In this document: piece by piece, positions 27,370 through 38,899 of the stretch
Position numbering within the stretch: the stretch's first letter is position 1
Layout of the letters: every line of letters starts with the position of its first letter
Origin: Eledone cirrhosa
Lineage: Eukaryota
NCBI GenBank assembly: GCA_964016885.1
Contig: OZ024743.1
Location: 100,564,001-100,628,000 of the forward strand
Length of the DNA: 64,000 bases
Reading direction: 5' to 3'
Position numbers and translations under genes: made by a program
Notes under the pieces: generated by a model
The model's database searches: none
What the model saw: only the letters and a program-made list of their open reading frames with translations
What the model was told of the DNA's origin: nothing

Positions 27370-29135
27370 ATCTTATTTTTTCAGTTATTATCCAAAATTC
27401 ATGACAGTAGGTAAGGGTTGGCACAAATACCTCCAGCTTCTGATTACTGAGTGCTGAAGCAGGAGTATTACTGCATTATCTCCTGCAATTATTGCACTTA
27501 ATTCAGCCTCCTGCCTTCCATCACTTGTGAAATACTTGAACTTATCCACCTGCTTCGTGGAACTCCACTTACATGTACAGTGCACTGCACAGTTTTCTTT
27601 GAGAGAATGAGTGTCTCAGTTTTTGCAGCACTGATTTTCATTCCTTCCATGAAGCACTTAGCATCAAACCTATAAAGAGCAAGTCTGAGATCACCTTCTG
27701 TCAAGTTAAGTAATACCATGTTGTCTGCAAATTCCAGTCAACTGATTCTATACCTGCCAATCATGATACCATTTCCAACCTGACTGTGCATGTCAATCAT
27801 GTTCTTGAAAATAATTGACAAGAGGTGATAGTACGCACCCTTGGCAAAGTCCAACTCCCACACTGAATGGTTTCAATTTAGCACCATTTATCCAAACAAA
27901 TATTCAGGTATTCATATAGAGACATCAAGGCAACAAGAAGTTAACCATCAATCCCATACTCCTGCAGAACTTTCCACAGCAGGTTCCGTGGAATGCGATC
28001 GTATTCCTTTTCAAGGTCTACAGAGCAAGAATACACCTCTTGGCAGTACTCCCACAATTTCTCAAAAACCTGCCACAGTGTGAATATTTGGTTGGCTGTG
28101 CTGCTTCTGGGGTGAAAAATCCCATTGTTCATCAGCTAGCTTAGACTTGACAATCTCCATACATTTCTTTGTCAGACATTTAACATAGACTTTACCAGGG
28201 AAGCTTAACAAGGAGGTCCCTCTATAATTGGAACAATCTCTCTTGTCTCCCTTTTTGAAAATTAGAATTATCACTCCCGATTGCCATTGCTTAGGTGCCA
28301 TTCCAGAGATCCAGGTCACCTGGCACATATGAGTCAGCAAGAGAATACTTCTCTACTCAATCTTTTTAACATCTCGGGCCAGATGTCATCCTCCTCAGTA
28401 GCCCTGCCACATTTGAGCTCTTTAATGCTCTTTTGGCCTCAACCTTGAAGAGATTAATCACCACTCCTAGATGCACCTCATGTACATCAGAAGATGCTGT
28501 TGTGATCGGGTTTAGGAGTTCAGCAAAGTATTCTCTCCACCTTGTGAGGATGCACCTCTGGAGAGAGAAGAATCCCAGATGTGTTCTTGATAGATGTGAA
28601 GGAGCACTTCTTATTGCTGATCTGAAGTCAATTCCAGCTTAACCCCAAAGTCTTCCCATGTCTTAACTTTGGATCCTTTTACTGTCTCTGCTGTGATTCT
28701 TCAAGTCTGCTTATACCACAAGTTTAAGAAGGTGGTCTTATTTCCAAGCTAAGCTTTGTAGGCCTCCTTCTTTGCTTTGATGGCATCTTTGACTACTCAA
28801 TTGAACCAAGGAGTCTGCCTGTCGTCCAGCACCATGCCAAGCCTCTTTTGCCCAGACCATTTAACAGCTGAAGTAGAAAGTGCTGAGCTGAACAATCTCC
28901 ACTCTATATCAAAGTCCTCAGTTTGCTCAGGAAGTTCTCTGAATTTGGATGCAGTAATATCTGCACACCTGGTCCTGACTTCCTTATCCACCAATGCTTC
29001 CCACTTTATCCTGTAGGTCAACCTGGACCTGCCAGTTTTGTGGGTTTCTTTGGATTTAGGTAGTCTCAAGTTGCAGATAACTAGATGGTGATCAGTTGAC
29101 AGCTCGGCATCTCTCTCTTAACACCAACATCCAGC
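27370..29135 (-). mobile_element. Decayed RTE-clade LINE (Expander/Rex3-like), endonuclease end through RT
   Basis: Fragmented ORFs give ELSTDHHLVICNL, IFKKGDKRDCSNYRGTSLLSFPGKVY, DLEKEYDRIPR, GMKISAAKTE and LTYCHEFW, with many stops and frameshifts. Confidence 0.88.
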
Positions 29136-30261
29136 ACAGAATCAAAGTATATTGGTAGAGCATCTGATAAAATGTTAACTTTTCCTTTTTCCTTACAGGG
29201 TTGATAAAATAAAGAACTAGTCAAGTTGGTCTTGTACCTAAATTAAGAACCAATATTACTTGTAACTAGGGTGATGGATTAGTAGATTTGTTAGAGCATT
29301 GGATAAAATTCTTTATAGTATTTAGCTATGACTCTTTATGTTCTGAGTTCAAATACTGCTAAGATCAACATTGCCTTTTATTCCTCTAGGGTCAATAAGA
29401 TAAAGTGTTAGTTATGTACTGGGGTCGGTGTAATTGACTTTCCCCGACCCTCAAATCGTTTTCCTTGTGCCTAAATTAGAAATCAATATAACTGATAACT
29501 ATATTACTATGTCAATTATGCTGTGTTACTTAAAATCGATAAACTGAGTTTACAAACTCTGAAAATATGTGAGAATTCTACATAAAATGTATACATAGGA
29601 ATAGAATCTTGCATTCTGAATATGGTAAGTGAAGAAACTAAGTCTATCCCTGCAATTTCAAGACCAAAACTCCATTTAGCAGGTGTTCAGATCACCAGGA
29701 GCAAGCAAGGGAGAGAACTACTATAGCCTGAGTTGATCAAAGCTTTTTTGACCAATTTTAGAGATACTGTTTGTATGTATACATATCAGGCATTTTTGCC
29801 CTTACTTATTGTTAACACACAATGCATAATTTCTTTTCTATTTCCTACATACATTTAGCTATATTCTATTCTAGCCACTTTGCGAAGTTAATATGCTTCA
29901 GTGAGGAGATTGAATAAGATCAAAACATGTACATTGCTTTCACAAAGTTGGATTATAGACAGGATCCACTTTTACTGTATTGTCTTAAATTGTTCCAAAA
30001 GTCTTGAATTAACTTGAGCTATAGGAGTTCTCTCCCTTGTCTGCTTCACATGATTTGAACATCTTTAAAGGGAGTCTTAAAATTGCAGAGATAAACTCAA
30101 TTGATCAAAGCCCTCCTCTCCCCCACTCATCATATTTAAAATATGAAACTCTATATGTCTGTATTTACACACACACTCACACTCACATACTGCAGTTAGT
30201 TTGCTAATATTAATGTTACTGTTGATGCTGCTGATGTTGTTGGAGTTGGTGATAGTGTGAC

Positions 30262-30276
30262 AGTAGTAGTAGTAGC

Positions 30277-30311
<35 letters not shown>

Positions 30312-30312
30312 C

Positions 30313-30359
<47 letters not shown>

Positions 30360-30385
30360 CAGTAGTAGCAGCAGCAACAGCAGCA
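30262..30385. repeat. (GTA)n/(GCA)n microsatellite
   Basis: Direct inspection. Confidence 0.95.
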
Positions 30386-30512
30386 AAAGAAAAAAACTGC
30401 AGTTGTTCCTGTTTTTGTTATATTATTATGTCAACATTCGGAAAGTTATAACAAATTGTTTTCCAGCTGATATATATATATGTGTATATATATGTATATA
30501 TATATGTGAGTG

Positions 30513-30552
<40 letters not shown>

Positions 30553-30635
30553 GTATGTCAACTGAAACTGTTTGTATTGTCATTTCCTTCCAAATTATCA
30601 GTTTTTTGCACAAAGTCTGCTAAGTGCTCTTGGCA

Positions 30636-30758
<123 letters not shown>

Positions 30759-31349
30759 TCATCTCCCTCTGTCTTTTTATTTTTATTTTTCTCTTTCTCT
30801 CTCCAATTTCGTTAATCTCTATGAGTTTGTATAAGTCTTCCATTAACTACACTTATCATCATCATCATCATCATCATCATTGTCAGCAGCAGTAGTAGCA
30901 ACAACAGCAGCAGCAGCAACAGCAAGGAAAACATCATGCAGTATTTTTGTCATCATCATCGTTGCTGTTGTTGTTGCTGCTGCTGTTGTAAGTGTTGAAC
31001 AAATGTTTAGCAACATTTGTTCTGGCTCTTTACTTTTCTAAGTTCAAATCCTGCTGAGGTCAACTCATCTTCATCATCATCATTATCATCATCATCAACG
31101 TTTAACGTCCATTTTCCACGCTAGCATGGGTTAGTCGACTTTCATAATTCTAAAGTAATAAAGCACCCATCAAGTACTGAGATTGATAAAATCAACTTTC
31201 CCTTCCACCAAAATTGCTGGCATTGTGCAACATTAGAAGCCATTGTTGTCTCCTTCATCATTATCATAATCATCAAAAAATTATTTCACACATTGAAATT
31301 TGAAGAAGAAACATCAAATGTCTGAATTTTTCTGTTTTTATTTATAAAG

Positions 31350-32110
31350 GAGGACCATGTGTGAGTTAATACTGATAAGGGAGAAACCATGATAGAGGAG
31401 AAGGACTCTGTAAACAGGTTTATAGTCTGCTGCTGTAAAGCTGGGTGGTTGAGGAGCCAGAGCTCACATTTGGAGCTGTTGACCTGAAGGCCCCTATGAC
31501 CCAGTTCCTTAAGCATCGTCTTTGCGGTTGTAAGGATCTTATTTGGACGACCCTTTATACAAGCATCATCCAGATACCAGACATTCAGATCCAGGTTAAC
31601 TCACATCTTGGTGATGTCATCAATGGCCAGCGCAAAAAGAGCAGGTCCGAGTGGGTCACCTTGTTGGATCCTGTAACAGATAGGATGAAATGGTCACCGA
31701 GGGAAAGGTAGGAGGGCTCCCGATAGATTTGCCAAGCTAAGTGGTAAAGCTGTGGGGCCTCTTCTTTACTAAGTGGAGGATGACATCCCTACTGATAGAA
31801 TTAAAGGCGTTCCTGAGGTCTAGCTGGAGGATAACCTATGGGGTCTCCGAAGGCAAGTTGGTAAAAGCTCTGATGGCATGAGTGGCAGCCTCACAGCCCA
31901 GCTTGGTACCCACCCCTAGCTGAATAGGGGAAAATTTGGCAGACAGGCAGTCTGAAATCTATGACAGACACACTTTTATTGTGAGCCCTCACAGAGTACA
32001 CCCAACTGCTATGGGACGGAGGTCACCATTGGTCTTTGTAAGGTCAAATAGTTTAGCCCTAAAGAACAGGGGGCAAATGTAAGGGAGGACACTCTTGGAC
32101 ATCGTTCTGG
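31350..32110 (-). mobile_element. Decayed CRE-clade-like non-LTR retrotransposon RT fragment
   Basis: Minus translation gives GDLRPIAVGCTL, PIQLGVGTKLGCEAATHAIRAF, LQLDLRNAFNSISR, IQQGDPLGPALFALAIDD, VWYLDD and GLQVNSSKCE. Confidence 0.75.
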
Positions 32111-32414
32111 AAGAATTATAAACAATATGTAATGTTAAAAAAAGATAATAGATTTACAATTAAATTAAAATTTAACATTTTAGGCATAAATGTACATGTA
32201 TTTCTATTTACACATACAATATATGCAAAGGTTTTTATTTTATTTTTATCTATCTATCTGTTAAATTTGTTCACACGGATATCCGTAAAAACCATGCCGT
32301 CACGTCATGTAATGTCCCATTTCTTGTGCACTCTTGTGGCAAATTAAGAAATATATCTATCTATCTGTCTGTCTGTCTGTTTGCTTACTTGAATCGATCA
32401 ATCGATTGAGTACC

Positions 32415-32615
32415 CCACCATCACTATCACCACCATCACCACCATTACTATCACCACCACCATCATCACCACCACCACCACCACCATCGCTATCACCAAC
32501 ATCACACCACCACCACCACGACCACCACCATCGCTATCACCACCATCACCACCACCACCACCATCACTATCACCACCACCACCACCTCCGCCACCACCAT
32601 TACCACCATCACCAC
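32415..32615. repeat. Degenerate (CAC/CAT)n trinucleotide tract
   Basis: Direct inspection. It explains the poly-His/Pro/Gly ORFs in the track. Confidence 0.9.
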
Positions 32616-32823
32616 ACACAAATGTCAACCTGTTATTTCCCTTGAATCTGTCAATAAGAGAGACAACTTTTGTAACTTTCTATTTGTATGTATTAATGTA
32701 TTTATTTCTTTTCTGAGTTCGAACACGCCGGCATTTGTCCCCGCACCCAACTTTATTTTCATATTTGTGTAAATATTTATGGAGTTGCCCGTTTGTATAA
32801 AAATCTGGTAAATTTATAGAACA

Positions 32824-33321
32824 TCGATTTCAGTGGGAAATTATTTTTTTCTTCGTTTTGTGTGTGTGTGTGCTATCAATTAAACTTACCCCTTAAGGGA
32901 GGGGGACCCTTGGACTTTATCCCACCTCCGAGTTCTCTTTACCATTTTTTCCCTCTGTTTTTTTTTTCTCGTGCTACCTCAGACCTGCCCTACCTCACAG
33001 AACCTAGAACCCAACCCCAACCCCAACCTTAACCACAACCCTAACCCCATCACCAACTGCAACCGCAACCCTAACCCTAACCAAACTCTAACCCAGGTGT
33101 TTTGCAGTGTGATGAAAGGTAAGATTAGTTTGTAGCACCCAAAAAATCTGAGGGAAAAATAAAAGGTAAAGAAAATTCCAGGAGTGTAGGTGGAAGTTCG
33201 AACCTCCTCCTTCCTCTTCTGGGGAAAAGGTTCTTTGCAGGATATTATGAGGTAAGATTAATTTATCGCACACGGAAAAAAAACAAAAAACAGTAAAAAA
33301 ATTATTTCCTGCTGAAATCGG
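32824..33321. mobile_element. Fold-back/MITE-like element with internal telomere-like (CCCTAA) tract
   Basis: cgatttcagtgggaaattattttt (~32825) is the inverted counterpart of aaaaaattatttcctgctgaaatcg (~33296-33320). Degenerate aaccctaacc repeats lie at 33001-33094. Confidence 0.5.
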
Positions 33322-34850
33322 TTGGATTGTTTTTCTATAATGATAGCAAACATTTAGTCAATTTCTTTTTTCCCACCGAAATATTTTGTAAAAAAATAAA
33401 AAGAATAGAAGTAGAGTTTAACTGACTTTTCCTGGTAACAGTTTTTTAAGAGGCTAAATGTGTTTAACTGGTGAAGAGCCAGCTTAAACAATGGTGCTGC
33501 CCCTCCACTCATTTCTATTTTAATTACGTACCCTCATATAAATCTACGGCAAGCTATCTAGTTCCTCCTTGACACCTTTCATACAGAATTTTATCTATAT
33601 TTATCGACAGAGTATCTGTTTAGTTACGTAAAGATAACTAAATATTTAACTAAAAGGTTATTTACTATCTCCCACTAATAAAAAATAAAAATGGTTTATG
33701 TAGAATAATATAAATCCTGCCCTCCCATCTGTAGAAAAGTGACTAGATGTTAGAAAATATTGTACTCAATTGTTGTAATGTGCCTGTTGTAATAATCCTC
33801 TGTGCCAAGATATTTTTGTTCATATCAAATTATAAGTCATACCGTTTGTGATGTTTCCATTAAAAAAGGTATTTAGGGTGAATAAACTGCTAAATACAAC
33901 AAAACTTATCAATCAGACTTGTTTATTAAAAATACAACAAAGCATATTCAGACTTGTTTATTAAAAATACAACAAAGCATATTTTTCATTTAATCTTTCT
34001 CTCATCTTGCCATATATAATATCAAATTTGTATGTATTGTCTTGTAACTCCTAATAGAGTGGCAGGGGCACTGTATTGACATACAGCGTTTCTTGGGTAT
34101 TTTCAGCCAGGTGGAGCCCATCTCTCTCCAGGCCTGAATACAGCAGATTTCTTACAGAGAAAGATAGAAAGTGATAGAGAGGAAATGAAAAAGAGATATA
34201 GAGGAATAATCAACCCCAGTACTAGACTGGTACTTTTTTTATCGACCTTGAAAGGATGAAAAGCAAAATATCAACTTTACTTTATACCAAAGCCAAGTGG
34301 AGGTAGCATGGCCGAATTGTTAAGTAGAATGGTTAAGTTTGCTTTGCCCCAACTTCAATCCTACTGCTTGACCTCTTGTGAGTGAAATATGGTAGACAAA
34401 AACTGTTTGGAAGCCTACTGGATAGGACAGTACCTGTAATTAACTGGGCCAGTTTGTCATATACTTTGTCATGCTGAATCTCCCTGAGAATTACATTAAG
34501 AATACCTATGTCTGTGGAATATTCAGCCACTTAACATATTATTTTTATGAGCAAGCTGTTCTGTTGGTTGAACAATTGTAACACTCTGAAATCCATTCCA
34601 CCAAAGTCCATTATAGTAGTTTCCCCTCTCTCTCTCTCATATGATAAATTATTCATCTTAACCATTCCACATTAAAATCAGACATTCCAGCTAATTTAGC
34701 TGCAGTCTTTCAAACTCATTACTTACTACATGTATGTTTTCTTTGAGACTTTTTAAGTTGTTTGCAGAATCCAAGCCAATCACTAACAAAGCACAACATT
34801 TATTATATTTTTTTAAGCAGATTGACAAGGGCTTTCCTATAAGTATGTAC

Positions 34851-35664
34851 TAGAAACAGTAGACAGCTACTGCTACCTAGGTGACCGAATTAGCAGCGGA
34901 GGTGGGTGTTCAGAAAGTACAATAACTAGGGTAAGAACGGGATGGAAGAAGTTCAGGGAACTACTGCCACTGCTAGCTGCAAAAGGCTTCTCCCTCAAAA
35001 TGAAAGGCAGACTGTATGATGTGTGTATCCAAACAGCAATGTTACATGTTAGTGAGACCTGGGCGCTGAAGGTGGAAGACTTACGTAGATTAGAAAGAAA
35101 CGAAGCCTGCATGCTCCGATGGATGTGTAATAGTAATATACGCGAACAGCAAAGCATAAATGAATTGAGAGAGAGACTGAGCATAAGAGGAATCAAATGC
35201 TGTGTGCAGGAGAGGCGGTTGCGTTGGTATGGACATGTGATGCGTATGAAGGATGACAGCTGCATAAAAAGGTGCAGAGCACTAGAAGTCAATGGAAACC
35301 GCAGAGTGGGGAGACCCAAGAAGACCTGGGATGAGGTGATAAAAGCCAACCTTACCCAATTACACCTCTCAAAGGTGATGACACACGACTGTGACTTCTG
35401 GCGTCATTCAGTAATACAGAGAACCCGACCTCCCATGGGTACAACCTGAAGCATATAGACAATATGCCCCCACACACCTCCCACTGTAATGAGGTTGGTG
35501 TTAGGAAGGGTATCCAGCTGTAGAAATCAAACCAAAATCAGTTCCTGTATGAGCAAGGCATGGTCAGCCGACCAGACACTGCCCACAACAGGACAACCCG
35601 GCTAACCCATGCTAGCATGGAAGAACGGATGTAAAACAGTGATGATGATGATGATGATGATGAT
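34851..35664 (+). mobile_element. 5'-truncated RTE LINE
   Basis: ORF 35000-35449 is almost identical to 39204-39653. The 3'UTR is partly deleted and ends in (GAT)n. Confidence 0.9.
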
Positions 35665-35735
35665 AGTGTTTTGTAAACAACATGGTTAGACAAGGTTCTT
35701 TTTTCTTTTCTTGTGCAAAATTCCAAAGTACTTAA

Positions 35736-35956
35736 CTCTTTAGTATTTACATTACTCTATATTTATTATTATATTTCCATGGTAAAGGCTTTACCTCACA
35801 TAATTATTTCACATAATATCGAATCTATGAGATTTTGGTATTAATTATTTTGTGAATAATACCTTAACATCAGTATGAGTGGCTGGTTATAGTTGGTTTG
35901 AACAGAAAGAGGTGACAGAATTCTGGCCGAATATAGCCGGTTTAAATGCTAAAGGG
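35736..35956. mobile_element. piggyBac-type MITE
   Basis: TTAA|CTCTTTAGTATTTA...TAAATGCTAAAGGG|TTAA. Same family as 16204-16380. Confidence 0.8.
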
Positions 35957-36606
35957 TTAATACATTTGTCACAGTCTGGTTAGAGACCTGCAACTTGACC
36001 TGTCTTATATAAATCCCTACCCAACTAGAAACACACTCCCCCTCAATATCAACAATAATAACGTCTGACCAAAGATATATACACCAGAACTAGATTAACC
36101 ACTAAAATAACCACACACTTAGAACATCAAAGGATTAAGGGTAACATTTCATTGCAATTAAATGTATTTGTCATTATAAAAAAAATTTTCTTTTTGGCTA
36201 ACTTTATATAGGAGGAAGAGCACTTTAACCTTTTAAGTGTTTAGCACCTCAAAAGGACTTAAATTGATCCTGACAAATAGGTTTAGTACCAGGTGTGCCC
36301 TGATAGAGCAGGCCTTTGATTAAATTACTTCTATCCATGACCATCCCATCTTATATTCAAGCATAATTGATATTTGAATTACATTATGCAATGAATCCTT
36401 CCTTTCTTAAAACAGTAAGGTTTGATTGCAAGCAGATTTGGCTACCATTTCTAGCAAGTTAAGGGACCATATAAAATGTCTCTCATTGGTTTATAGGAAA
36501 GATAAGGATTGTGTTCCATAGACATAACCTGTTTATTGTTTTGGTGCTTGAACAAATGAATGCATATGAGAAACTATGGCTGGGAACTATGGGAATCATT
36601 AAAGTG

Positions 36607-36651
<45 letters not shown>

Positions 36652-36670
36652 TAAGTATGTACACATTTTT

Positions 36671-37009
36671 CATCATCATTTCATTTTACGTCCACTTTTC
36701 CCTGCTTGCAAGGGTGGGATGGGAACTGATTCTGGCTTGATTTCTACAGCTGGATGCCCTTCCTAACACCAACCTCATTTACAGTGAGTGCTGGGTGCTT
36801 TTTTTTGCCGTGGTACCTCCACGACCACTTTACAGTGGAATGATAAGGACCCCAGTCCCTATCATCTCATTTCTACAGCTGAGTAAACTGGAGCAATGTG
36901 AAATAAAGTGCCTTGCTCAAGGAAACAACACATCTCCCGGTCTGAGAATTGAACTCACAACATTTCGATTGCAAGGCCAATGCTCTAACCACTAAGCCAT
37001 GTGCCTCCA
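36671..37009 (-). mobile_element. CORE-SINE family A inserted into the hammerhead repeat
   Basis: It splits the 422-bp unit sequence aaatataagtatgtacac (36647-36664) | gtacatacatatatg (37013). Confidence 0.85.
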
Positions 37010-37191
37010 TGCGTACATACATATATGTATACAGACATACAGTAGTATGTATCTATATATATACATACATGCACACATATATATATGTACGCATGGATTC
37101 ACCAACCATTTATTATAATGCTCGGTATGTTTGTAAACAAACATCCCGTATTAAGCCGTAGTGTCCAGCAACCATTGTTGCTCATTTGTTC

Positions 37192-37243
37192 AACACTGTA
37201 CTAGTTTCAAGCTTATTAGCTATCGTCAGCAATGTATACCTTC
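37192..37243 (-). ncRNA. Minimal type I hammerhead ribozyme (inverted copy)
   Basis: Minus strand: acauug-CUGACGA-u-agcu(aaua)agcu-u-GAAA-cua-GUA^cagugu. Stem I acauug/cagugu pairs fully. Confidence 0.75.
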
Positions 37244-37523
37244 TTGCCAGATTGTTGAACGTATATACTTACCTTATGCATATTAACGGCTGAGTAGCCC
37301 AATTTGCATATCGAGTGGGTTAATCGGCCGGGTGCACCGAAAACAATAAACGGAAAAAATGAAACGAAATTTCATTTCCCACTCTTAGTACGGCTGTTAT
37401 TTAAATATAAGTATGTACACGTACATACATATATGTATACAGACGTACAGTAGTATGTATATATATATATACATACATGCACACATATATATATGTACGT
37501 ATGGATTCACCGAACATTTATTA

Positions 37524-37574
37524 TAATGCTTGCTGACGATAGCTAATAAGCTTGAAACTAGTACAGCGTTCCTT
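37524..37574 (+). ncRNA. Minimal hammerhead ribozyme at the inversion junction (5' stem I strand altered)
   Basis: CTGACGA at 37533-37539, stem II agct/agct, GAAACTAGTA. Predicted cleavage is after 37563. Confidence 0.6.
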
Positions 37575-37940
37575 TGTCAGTGTTGAACAAACGAGCAACG
37601 ATGGTTACTAGACACTACGGCTTAATACGGGATGTTTGTTTACAAACACACCGAGCATTATAATAAATGTTCGGTGAATCCATACGTACATATATATATG
37701 TGTGCATGTATGTATATATATATATACATACTACTGTACGTCTGTATACATATATGTATGTACGTGGACATACTTATATTTAAGTAACAGCCGTACTAAG
37801 AGTGGAAAATGAAATTTCGTTTCATTTTTTCCGTTTATTGTTTTCGGTGCACCCGGCCGTTTAACCCACTCAATATGCAAATTGGGCTACTCAGCCGTTA
37901 ATATGCATAAGGTAAGTATATACGTTCAACAATCTGGCAA

Positions 37941-37996
37941 GAAGGTATACGTTGCTGACGATAGCTAATAAGCTTGAAACTAGTACAGCGTTCCTT
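37941..37996 (+). ncRNA. Minimal type I hammerhead ribozyme (complete copy)
   Basis: aagg-uau-acguug-CUGACGA-u-agcu(aaua)agcu-u-GAAA-cua-GUA^cagcgu-u-ccuu. It has the full core, stem I with an internal loop, and palindromic stem III ACUAGU. Predicted cleavage is after 37985. Confidence 0.8.
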
Positions 37997-38279
37997 TGTC
38001 AGTGTTGAACAAACGAGCAACGATGGTTGCTGGACACTACGGCTTAATACGGGATGTTTGTTTACAAACACACCGAGCATTATAATAAATGTTCGGTGAA
38101 TCCATACGTACATATATATATGTGTGCATGTATGTATATATATATAGATACTACTGTACGTCTGTATACATATATGTATGTACGTGTACATACTTATATT
38201 TAAGTAACAGCCGTACTAAGAGTGGGAAATGAAATTTTGTTTCATTTTTTCCATTTACATATATATATATATATATATA

Positions 38280-38555
38280 GAAAAAAAGATGAAATCGAAA
38301 ATGCAACTGGAGCCTTATTTAAAAAAATATATATATATATTTATTTGGTTCCTTTACCGGTTTCGCAGTTCTTCTGCTTTTCAAAAGTAGAGTTGAGATG
38401 GAGGGTCTGTGGTTTTTCTCACATCTGGTTGGTCTTAGAATGTTACTTGTAACATTCTAAGACCAACTGCGAAACCGGTAAAGGAACCAAATAAATATAT
38501 ATATATTTTTTTAAAAATAAGACTCCAGTTGCATTTTCGATTTCATCTTTTTTTC
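38280..38555. repeat. Inverted repeat (~90-bp arms) with inner hairpin and hammerhead-like remnants
   Basis: 38280-38370 is the reverse complement of ~38466-38555. The inner hairpin is gttggtcttagaatgttac-tt-gtaacattctaagaccaac. Confidence 0.85.
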
Positions 38556-38630
38556 TTTATACTTTCACTCGTGTAGGACACCTCGGTTATTTTTCATTTT
38601 GTAAAAAAACTTCACTTTCTAATATATATT

Positions 38631-38662
<32 letters not shown>

Positions 38663-38663
<1 letters not shown>

Positions 38664-38777
38664 GGAAAAGTTCAGGACCCCGACGGCAGAGCTCAAGCCG
38701 TTTCGACGGCTATTTCTGGACCTCAAATAGCCGTCGAAACGGCTTCAGCTCTGCCGTTGGCGTCCTGAACCTTTTCC
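38663..38777. repeat. Near-perfect GC-rich palindrome (~52-bp arms, 9-nt loop)
   Basis: ggaaaagttcaggaccccgacggcagagctcaagccgtttcgacggctattt-ctggacctc-aaatagccgtcgaaacggcttcagctctgccgttggcgtcctgaaccttttcc. Confidence 0.9.
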
Positions 38778-38855
38778 TATTACTCACTCTACTACCCAAA
38801 GTATTGAGTACTCTGGTGTGTTATGGTCCACCTGGTTCCTTACCACACTTCCTTC

Positions 38856-38899
<44 letters not shown>

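Larger units (their letters stand above)
37011..38252. repeat. 422-bp hammerhead-containing unit in tandem and inverted copies (retrozyme / Penelope pLTR-like)
   Basis: 37011-37530 is in one orientation (~1.25 units) and 37531-38252 is in the opposite orientation (~1.7 units). The period is 422 bp (CTGACGA at 37533 and 37955). Confidence 0.9.

Noticed and set aside
33001-33094. True telomere or fusion site
   Set aside because: The tract is short, degenerate, in a single orientation and internal to an inverted-repeat element.
37264-37275. ATACTTACCT resembling the U1 snRNA 5' end
   Set aside because: No U1 body follows. It is the reverse complement of the splice-donor motif in the 422-bp unit.
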